From Telmatocola sphagniphila (lineage in GTDB: Bacteria; Planctomycetota; Planctomycetia; Gemmatales; Gemmataceae): a stretch of DNA of 32,000 nt. The notes under the pieces were generated by a model that saw only the letters and a list, made by a program, of their open reading frames with translations, made no database searches and was not told the DNA's origin. Where the stretch lies: contig NZ_CP074694.1 in NCBI RefSeq assembly GCF_018398935.1, positions 1,680,001 to 1,712,000 on the forward strand, read 5' to 3'. This document shows, one piece after another, positions 25,638-32,000 of the stretch. Made by a program: the position numbers and the translations under genes. Each line of letters starts with the position of its first letter. Position 1 is the stretch's first letter.

Positions 25638-27830
25638 ATGATACTATTGGCCAATCTGCTCACGATAACCGATGAATCGAGTGGCCGGGTGTTGCTCCGA
25701 GCAATGCCCGTCATGCTGGCTGTTCTCGGTATTCTCGCCATAGCCTACCGTTACTACAGTGCCTTCCTTGCCGCCAAGGTGGCGGCCTTCGACGATTCTC
25801 GCATTACGCCCGCCCACAAAATGAGCGACGGCTCCAACTACTATCCCACCAATCGCTGGGTGCTTTTCGGCCATCATTTCGCGGCCATTTCCGGCGCCGG
25901 TCCGTTGATCGGCCCCGTTCTGGCCATGCAGTACGGTTATGCCCCGGGACTTCTGTGGCTGATTGTCGGGGTCTGTCTGGCGGGTGCCGTGCAGGATATG
26001 ATGGTGCTGGCGGTTTCGGTGAGAACCGGCGGCCGATCTCTGGCGGAGATTGCCAAGCAGGAACTGGGTACTCGGGCTTCGATTCTGACTACGATTGCAA
26101 TTCTGCTGATCGTAATTGTGGCTCTCGCTGGCCTGGCTATTATCATCGTAAAAGCTCTCGGTGGTGAAGAAGGCAAACTCCCTTCCGGGATGACCATCAC
26201 GCCGCCCGCTGGCCAGGTCGTGGCACTGGAAGATTTGTCTACACACAAGATTTTGAAGTTCGGACCGGGTTGCGAAATCAAGTATTCCCCGACCGATAAG
26301 CCGACTGTTCGTTCGGAAGCTTTTGAGATCGGGGCACCTGTCGATAGCGAGATTCGTCCGACGGATCCCACGATTACTCTGCCCGCCAAGTGCAGTCAGA
26401 TCATCAAAGGAAGCAGTTGGGGAACCTTCACGATCGCCTGTACGATTCCGATTGCGCTCTTCGTCGGATTATGGATGTATCGCATTCGCAAGGAGCGCAT
26501 TTTCGAAGCCTCCTGCATCGGCGGTTTGCTCGTACTGGGCGCAGTCGTGGCCGGGGCCTGGATCCCGGGGAGTTCGCTGGAACCGTATTTCTCGCTTTCG
26601 CGCAACGGGACGATTCTGGCCCTCTGTATCTATGGGTTCATCGCCGCAGTGCTGCCCATCTGGTTATTGCTGACGCCGCGCGATTATCTCTCCAGCTTCA
26701 TGAAAATTGGAACGCTGTTTCTGCTGATCGTGGGGGTAATCGTAGCTAATCCCCCGTTGGAACATCCGCCGATCAATCCGGTCTTTCAGAATGGGGGACC
26801 GACCTTCCCGGTTGGCGGCATTTTCCCCTTCGTTTTCATCTGCGTGATGTGCGGGGCCATCTCCGGTTTCCATTCGCTGGTCGCTTCCGGAACTACGCCG
26901 AAGATGATCGATAAGGAATCCGATTGCCGATGCATCGGTTATGGGGCGATGCTCATGGAGGGCTTGGTGGGGGTAGTGGCCTTGATTGCTGCCGCTTCGA
27001 TGCCGCCTGATCTTTACTATGCGATTAACGTCGATGTGGAACTGGCTCCCAAATATCAGAAACAGTTGGAAGAACTCAAAGACTATATGGGTACGCGCGA
27101 CCCCATGCATACCGTGGGCGTGCGCGAATTGCATCAACTCGATCTCGGGCAAATCGAAGAGAGTGTTGGCGGGGAATCCTTGCGGGGTAGAACCGGGGGA
27201 GCAGTCACTCTGGCCGTCAGTATGGCCACGATTCTCACCGATGCCTTCCGCTGGTTGGATATCGAAGTCAGTTCCTGGATGAAATACTGGTACCATTTCG
27301 CCATTATGTTCGAGGCCTTGTTCATTCTGACGACAATTGATGCGGGAACGCGGATCGCCCGATATCTTTTCCAGGAGGCGCTTGGGAAAGTGATTCCCAG
27401 TCTGGCTTCGCCGAACTCGATTATCGGGGCGTGCCTCGCGACCTTCCTTGTCACGGCGGGTTGGGGAAGCCTGGTTGCTACGGGTCAGATTTCGACCATC
27501 TGGCCGATGTTCGGTATTGCCAATCAGCTTCTTTCCGTGCTGGCGTTATCGCTCGTTTCGACTTATCTGATCCAGCACGGTAAAGCCAAGTATGCCTGGG
27601 TGACCATTCTGCCGATGTTATTTGTCACGACGACCACCCTCACTGCGGGCAAACTCATGGTTCAAGCACAATATGCGAATATTCAGCTGGGGACAAAGGT
27701 GAGCACGAATGCCCTTAACATGGGTTTAACCATCTTCATCATCTTACTTGTCTCCTCCATGTTGCTGACTTGCATTTCACGCTGGATCGTGGTTTTGCGC
27801 CTGGGATCAAAGAAGAAAGAGATTTCCTGA
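25638..27830 (+). CDS. cstA: Carbon starvation protein A (CstA family peptide/pyruvate transporter)
   Basis: CstA N-terminal block YRYYSAFLAAKV...YYPTNRWVLFGHHFAAISGAGPLIGPVLAMQYGYAPGLLWLIVGVCLAGAVQDMMVL. It is polytopic throughout. The start could instead be ATG 25704. Confidence 0.92.
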   Translation: MILLANLLTITDESSGRVLLRAMPVMLAVLGILAIAYRYYSAFLAAKVAAFDDSRITPAHKMSDGSNYYPTNRWVLFGHHFAAISGAGPLIGPVLAMQYGYAPGLLWLIVGVCLAGAVQDMMVLAVSVRTGGRSLAEIAKQELGTRASILTTIAILLIVIVALAGLAIIIVKALGGEEGKLPSGMTITPPAGQVVALEDLSTHKILKFGPGCEIKYSPTDKPTVRSEAFEIGAPVDSEIRPTDPTITLPAKCSQIIKGSSWGTFTIACTIPIALFVGLWMYRIRKERIFEASCIGGLLVLGAVVAGAWIPGSSLEPYFSLSRNGTILALCIYGFIAAVLPIWLLLTPRDYLSSFMKIGTLFLLIVGVIVANPPLEHPPINPVFQNGGPTFPVGGIFPFVFICVMCGAISGFHSLVASGTTPKMIDKESDCRCIGYGAMLMEGLVGVVALIAAASMPPDLYYAINVDVELAPKYQKQLEELKDYMGTRDPMHTVGVRELHQLDLGQIEESVGGESLRGRTGGAVTLAVSMATILTDAFRWLDIEVSSWMKYWYHFAIMFEALFILTTIDAGTRIARYLFQEALGKVIPSLASPNSIIGACLATFLVTAGWGSLVATGQISTIWPMFGIANQLLSVLALSLVSTYLIQHGKAKYAWVTILPMLFVTTTTLTAGKLMVQAQYANIQLGTKVSTNALNMGLTIFIILLVSSMLLTCISRWIVVLRLGSKKKEIS

Positions 27831-27914
27831 GTATTTTCCTGGTAAGTTGGATTGTGTTGACCCGGGAAGATGGTATTTTCATTCCTGGAGTAATCAGTCA
27901 CGAGGCAGGACGCC

Positions 27915-28859
27915 ATGGAATGTTTGGTCACCGGTGCAGCGGGTTTCATTGGCTCGCATCTCTGCGAGAGATTGCTAAAAGAAGGCCACCGGGTTACCGG
28001 GGTCGATTGTTTCACGAATTATTACGACCGAACCTTCAAGGATGCGAATCTCACGCATCTGCACGGGAAGCGCGGATTCAAATTCCTCGAAAAAGATCTA
28101 TCTCGCGATGATTTGTCCAACGCTTTAACAGGCGTCGAGATTGTTTTTCATCTGGCCGCCATGCCAGGACTGGTGAAAAGCTGGACTCACTTCGACGAAT
28201 ACAATCGCTGTAATCTCACGGCCACTTCGCGATTACTCGATCAGCTGAAGGGCCATCCTACCCTGCAACGGCTGGTGTATGCCTCGACTTCTTCGGTCTA
28301 CGGCAAGTATGCATCGGGTGATGAATCGCTACCCTTGCGGCCCAGCTCCCCCTACGGGATCACCAAACTGGCGGGTGAGAACCTTTGTCGGGTCTATCTG
28401 GAAGAGTTCGACGTCCCTACGGTTGTACTTCGCTATTTTTCGGTCTTTGGGCCTCGGCAACGACCAGATATGGGTTATCACAAATTCATCCAGGCCGTGC
28501 TGAACGATCAACCGATTCAGCTGACGGGAGATGGATCGCAGATGCGCGGCAATACCTATATCTCCGATTGCGTGGAAGCTACCTATCGAGGCATGAGCAC
28601 CGTAACTGGGGAGACTTTTAATATTGGTGGTGGCGAAATCATCAGCGTCTCCGATGTGATTCGCAAAATCGAAAAACTGACCGGCAAAAAGGCCCGGATC
28701 GAACGTAAGCCAGAGCGCAACGGCGATCAGAAACACACGGGGGCCGACATCACCAAGTTCCAACGCCATACTGGCTGGGCGCCGAAGATTGGCGTCGAAG
28801 AAGGTCTGGAACTTCAGATCGAATGGCACCGCAACTTCGGTCGCAGACTTGCCGCGTAG
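27915..28859 (+). CDS. NAD-dependent epimerase/dehydratase (extended SDR, nucleotide-sugar modifying)
   Basis: Rossmann motif VTGAAGFIGSH, the catalytic Ser region YASTSSVYG, and YxxxK in SPYGITKLAGE. The 314-aa size is typical of UDP-sugar 4-epimerases and decarboxylases. Confidence 0.9.
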   Translation: MECLVTGAAGFIGSHLCERLLKEGHRVTGVDCFTNYYDRTFKDANLTHLHGKRGFKFLEKDLSRDDLSNALTGVEIVFHLAAMPGLVKSWTHFDEYNRCNLTATSRLLDQLKGHPTLQRLVYASTSSVYGKYASGDESLPLRPSSPYGITKLAGENLCRVYLEEFDVPTVVLRYFSVFGPRQRPDMGYHKFIQAVLNDQPIQLTGDGSQMRGNTYISDCVEATYRGMSTVTGETFNIGGGEIISVSDVIRKIEKLTGKKARIERKPERNGDQKHTGADITKFQRHTGWAPKIGVEEGLELQIEWHRNFGRRLAA

Positions 28860-28863
28860 ACCT

Positions 28864-30201
28864 ATGTGGGAACTGCTGCTTAGGCATGGCTACGAACCGA
28901 TTCGAGAGATCCTGAGCCAATCGGGATTTCGCTCTCAGAGGAAATCTCTCGAAGAGAACCAATGGCGACCGCCTGCGGAGATTGCTCGGCAGCAATTGCA
29001 GGCGGCGCGAGATATCGTTCGCATCGCTTATGAGCAAACGCCCTACTATCGGGAAGTCTTTGGAAAGATCGATTTTCATCCCGAGGATTTGCACCAACTT
29101 TCCGATCTTCAGCAACTGCCGATTCTTTCCAAATCGAAGCTGAAAGAACACTACCAAACCCTTCGAAACCCGCACCAGTCTGGACTATTGCACACCAAGA
29201 GGACTTCGGGTTCGACCGGACGGCCACTGGAAATTTTTCTGGACGATTCGGCCATGACCACCAAGCATGCCATTACTCGGCGAGCGAATGAGTGGTCGGG
29301 TTGGCGCTACGGCCAACCGATAGCGAAGTTGTGGGGTCTGCCCGAACATCGAGAGAGTGGTTTTAAAGGCAGATTACGAACAATCGCCGTCGACAGAGCC
29401 ATCCATTTAAATACGCTGGAGATCTCTTCTACCTCCTTGAGGGACTTTTTGCGCAAATGGAATCATCATGCCCCCGCCCTGCTCTTCGGCCATGCTCATT
29501 CGCTTTATCTGCTCGCATCATTCGCTCGTAAAAATCGACTGGCGGTTCAACCCGCGAGGGGAATCATCTCCTCGGCCATGCCTTTACACGGTTTTCAGCG
29601 GGTGGTGATCGAAGAGGTTTTTCAATATCGCATCACGGATCGTTACGGTTGTGAAGAGACCAGTTTGATCGCATGCCAGTGTGAAAAAGGGGGCATGCAC
29701 ATCGCGGCGGAATCGGTGCTTCTGGAGGTGATCGACGGGAAAATTCTCCTGACCGATCTACTGAATCGGGCAATGCCGCTAATCCGCTACCAAATTGGGG
29801 ATGCCGTGGAATCGGCAGCGAAACCCTGCACCTGCGGACGAGGGCTTCCTACTCTTGGCCAGTTGGCCGGGCGCGAAGCGGATTTCATTCTGACTGCGGA
29901 TGATCGCTTACTCTCGGGGATCTCGCTCACGGAGAACTTCATTCTCCAGCTTCCGGGCCTTGAACAGATCCAGATCATACAGGAATCGCGAAATTTGATT
30001 CGTTTTCAAGTGGTTCCTCTGGAGGCTAGTAAACGTTTTGATCTCCAAGGCTCGCTAATCGAATTGGCAGGAAACTTGTTTGGGAGTGGGATTCACTTTG
30101 AAGTCGAATTCGTCGAAAGCATCGCCTCCGAGCCAAGCGGCAAATTCCGCTTCTGCGTTTCGAAAATGGCTCAGGATTATCTGCGGAACCTGGCCGCCTG
30201 A
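28864..30201 (+). CDS. Adenylate-forming ligase of the PaaK / CapK / F390-synthetase family
   Basis: AMP-binding motif TSGSTGRPLEIF, YGCEE (the YGxTE equivalent) and a C-terminal GREADFILTADDRLLSG subdomain pattern. The ORF is open from 28789, but ATG 28864 lies 5 nt after the epimerase stop and avoids a 71-nt overlap. Confidence 0.85.
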   Translation: MWELLLRHGYEPIREILSQSGFRSQRKSLEENQWRPPAEIARQQLQAARDIVRIAYEQTPYYREVFGKIDFHPEDLHQLSDLQQLPILSKSKLKEHYQTLRNPHQSGLLHTKRTSGSTGRPLEIFLDDSAMTTKHAITRRANEWSGWRYGQPIAKLWGLPEHRESGFKGRLRTIAVDRAIHLNTLEISSTSLRDFLRKWNHHAPALLFGHAHSLYLLASFARKNRLAVQPARGIISSAMPLHGFQRVVIEEVFQYRITDRYGCEETSLIACQCEKGGMHIAAESVLLEVIDGKILLTDLLNRAMPLIRYQIGDAVESAAKPCTCGRGLPTLGQLAGREADFILTADDRLLSGISLTENFILQLPGLEQIQIIQESRNLIRFQVVPLEASKRFDLQGSLIELAGNLFGSGIHFEVEFVESIASEPSGKFRFCVSKMAQDYLRNLAA

Positions 30202-30205
30202 TTCT

Positions 30206-31567
30206 TTATGCGATTATCTCTCGAATCGGCTTGCCCCGGCTGATCGGTAAGGGCCGATTCAGTTTGTCGATCATTTCGGAATTTGGATCGATTCCCAGAA
30301 GTTCGTACATGGTGGCCGAGATATCTTCTATGCGGCAGGCTCCCGAGGCGGGGAAAGCCCCGTTCTTGTCGGAACTTCCGTGCACGTAGCCCTTTTTGAG
30401 GCCGCCGCCCGCCATCAGAACGGTATAGCATTCCGGCCAGTGATCGCGACCCGCGATATTATTGATCTTCGGGGTGCGACCGAACTCTCCCATCCAGAGT
30501 ACCAGGGTTTCTTCCAGCATGCCGCGCTCTTTCAGATCTTCCAGCAACGTCGGCAGCGTCTGATTGGTAATTGGGAGCAATCGTTTTTTCAAAATGGGAT
30601 CCATCGGTTGATTCTGAAAACCGTGGGTGTCCCAGCCCCATTCACCGCTGATGTACGGTGAAATATAAACAGTTACGAATTTGACCCCGGCCTGCACCAG
30701 CCGTCGGGCCAGCAAGCAACCCTGTCCGTAGGTCGTCTCGCCATATTGGGCGCGGACCTTTTTTTTCTCCTTCGACAGATCGAATGCTTCTTTTAATTCC
30801 TTGGAAGTAAGCAGCGAGACGGCCCGCTGAAACGATTCGTCCATTCCTTTGGCCAGAGCGTGCTGCTCTAAAACTCTCGACTGTTGATCGAGCATCTTCA
30901 GCATCTCTTTACGATCTTCGAGCCTTTGGGAACTGATATTCCCTGGAAGCGTCAATTCGGGGAGTTTAAACTCTTTCCCAGCAGGATCTTCCGTGAAAAA
31001 GAAGGGATTGTGGACTTTGCCCAGGAAGCTGGCGTGCTGCCCGGGAGTGATCGAACCATCCGAGATGCTGTAAGGGTAGGAAACGAACGTCGGAACGCCG
31101 GGCCGGGCTTGGCTGAATTTGTCGACGACGCAGCCGAATGCCGGGGCCAGTTCGGGGGAGTCACGAAGCCTTTGATCGTCGGTCGGCGGAGCGAACCCAG
31201 TCAGGCTGTAATAGCCCGCCGAGTTGTGATTCTTCATGGTGTGCTGAACCGATTTCACAAGTACGCACTGATCGATAATATTGGTCATCCGTGGCAGCAT
31301 TTCGCAGACGGAGATACCGGGCACTTTTGTCGAAATCGGTTTAAAGGTGCCCCGAATTTCCGCGGGAGCATCCGGCTTCATATCGAAAGTTTCGAACTGG
31401 GAAGGTCCGCCCCATTGATAGAGCAGAATGACCGACTTGGCTTTTGCTTTATTTGAGCTCGCCTGCAATAGAGCAGGTGGTAGCATTAAGCTGCTCATGC
31501 CCAAAGCGCCAACTTGAAGCAATTTTCGGCGAGAGAGCGGTATATGTTCGATTCCCATGCCCATCAC
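30206..31567 (-). CDS. DUF1501 domain protein (sulfatase-fold, Tat-signal, planctomycete family)
   Basis: Twin-arginine-like leader LSRRKLLQVGALGMSS. The conserved DUF1501 blocks are VILLYQWGGPSQFETFDMKP, WDTHG, GEFGRTPKIN and GRDHWP. Its ATG overlaps the upstream PSD1 stop (ATGA). Confidence 0.9.
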   Translation of the reverse strand: MMGMGIEHIPLSRRKLLQVGALGMSSLMLPPALLQASSNKAKAKSVILLYQWGGPSQFETFDMKPDAPAEIRGTFKPISTKVPGISVCEMLPRMTNIIDQCVLVKSVQHTMKNHNSAGYYSLTGFAPPTDDQRLRDSPELAPAFGCVVDKFSQARPGVPTFVSYPYSISDGSITPGQHASFLGKVHNPFFFTEDPAGKEFKLPELTLPGNISSQRLEDRKEMLKMLDQQSRVLEQHALAKGMDESFQRAVSLLTSKELKEAFDLSKEKKKVRAQYGETTYGQGCLLARRLVQAGVKFVTVYISPYISGEWGWDTHGFQNQPMDPILKKRLLPITNQTLPTLLEDLKERGMLEETLVLWMGEFGRTPKINNIAGRDHWPECYTVLMAGGGLKKGYVHGSSDKNGAFPASGACRIEDISATMYELLGIDPNSEMIDKLNRPLPISRGKPIREIIA

Positions 31568-32000
31568 CTTCTAATCAGAAATTCTTTGGAATTGAGAATC
31601 CCCCAGAGAAGGTCCTCCAGAGCGACACGACGATCTTTCGCCGTCTCCAGCTTTTGCGTGAAGAACTCTTTCTCTTTCGGATTCGGTAGGCGGCCGTACC
31701 CGGATAGAAACAACTCTTCCACGATCGTTTCGTTTTTCTGTCCGGGCTGCAGATACTTCTTCAGGACATTATTCTTATCGGAGATCAAGGACTGCACAAT
31801 TTCCCCGTTGATCATCTGCAGGGATTGCAATAAGCCCGCGTCCTCCGAACGTTCGCACTCACAAGTGAGTAGTCTTTCCGGTTTGCCGAATACCTTCATG
31901 AACTTTTCGCCCAGGCCACTACTGCGACGGCCAGTATGCAGAGGTGCGGCCATCTGCACCGCGCGAGTACCGCTGGGATAGCCGTTGAATTTCATTTTTG
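31564..32000 (-). CDS. PSD1 (DUF1553) domain protein, C-terminal part only; 5' end outside window
   Basis: The frame is open to the right edge. It contains FGKPERLLTCECERSEDAGLLQSLQMINGE and the terminal LWGILNSKEFLIRR. These parallel FGRPQRISACECER... and LWALLNTKEFIFNW in the complete PSD1 protein at 10819-13440. Confidence 0.85.
   Translation of the reverse strand, partial: KMKFNGYPSGTRAVQMAAPLHTGRRSSGLGEKFMKVFGKPERLLTCECERSEDAGLLQSLQMINGEIVQSLISDKNNVLKKYLQPGQKNETIVEELFLSGYGRLPNPKEKEFFTQKLETAKDRRVALEDLLWGILNSKEFLIRR

Noticed and set aside
25644-27296. Antisense ORFs of 200 aa and 210 aa (25644-26246 and 26664-27296) within cstA, with similar ones in hppA (23445-24014), the ABC region (3468-4130) and the AAA+ gene (14845-15360)
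   Set aside because: All lie opposite genes with strong family signatures. Their translations are Arg/Gly/His-rich nonsense with no start context. I treat them as shadow ORFs produced by codon bias.
28789-28863. Upstream extension of the ligase ORF that overlaps the epimerase by 71 nt
   Set aside because: ATG 28864, 5 nt after the epimerase stop, gives an N-terminus (MWELLLRHGYEP...) with no long overlap. The 25 extra residues look non-conserved. Unlike at queG, an alternative canonical start exists here.

Overview
By its gene content, this 32-kb window is ordinary core chromosome from a Planctomycetota-type (PVC) bacterium. The lineage markers are a Big_2/PSCyt/PSD1 (DUF1549/DUF1553) protein, a second PSD1 gene coupled to a DUF1501 gene, and two tandem eukaryotic-like Ser/Thr kinases. 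I count about 26 tightly packed protein genes in six alternating strand blocks.

Genes I can name:
- Metabolism and housekeeping: gpsA, dprA, queG, phhA, thiC, a class IV aminotransferase and a class I SAM methyltransferase.
- Transport: an ABC ATPase, a K+-independent-type H+-pyrophosphatase and cstA.
- Others: an SDR epimerase with a CapK/PaaK-like adenylating ligase, a MazG-like NTP pyrophosphohydrolase and a TPR protein.

The RNA and regulatory features are one tRNA-Phe(GAA), a clear TPP riboswitch in front of thiC, one convincing intrinsic terminator and a few candidate promoters and hairpins.

I saw no transposase, integrase, phage gene, reverse transcriptase, CRISPR array or toxin-antitoxin-like pair. 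I therefore cannot point to a compact, obviously novel system, and the window does not look like an accessory island.

The leads most worth a second look are:
1. An uncharacterised wHTH + AAA+ ATPase whose 3' end overlaps queG by 64 nt.
2. An 834-aa protein that is mostly extracytoplasmic and anchored by a TM hairpin, co-transcribed with an ABC ATPase but with no permease nearby.
3. A nested palindrome in the thiC/aminotransferase divergent intergenic region.
4. A canonical intrinsic-terminator hairpin that points the wrong way between thiC and phhA.
5. Large hydrophilic insertions in both the H+-PPase and CstA.

All functional calls come from motif recognition by eye. No database search was run.
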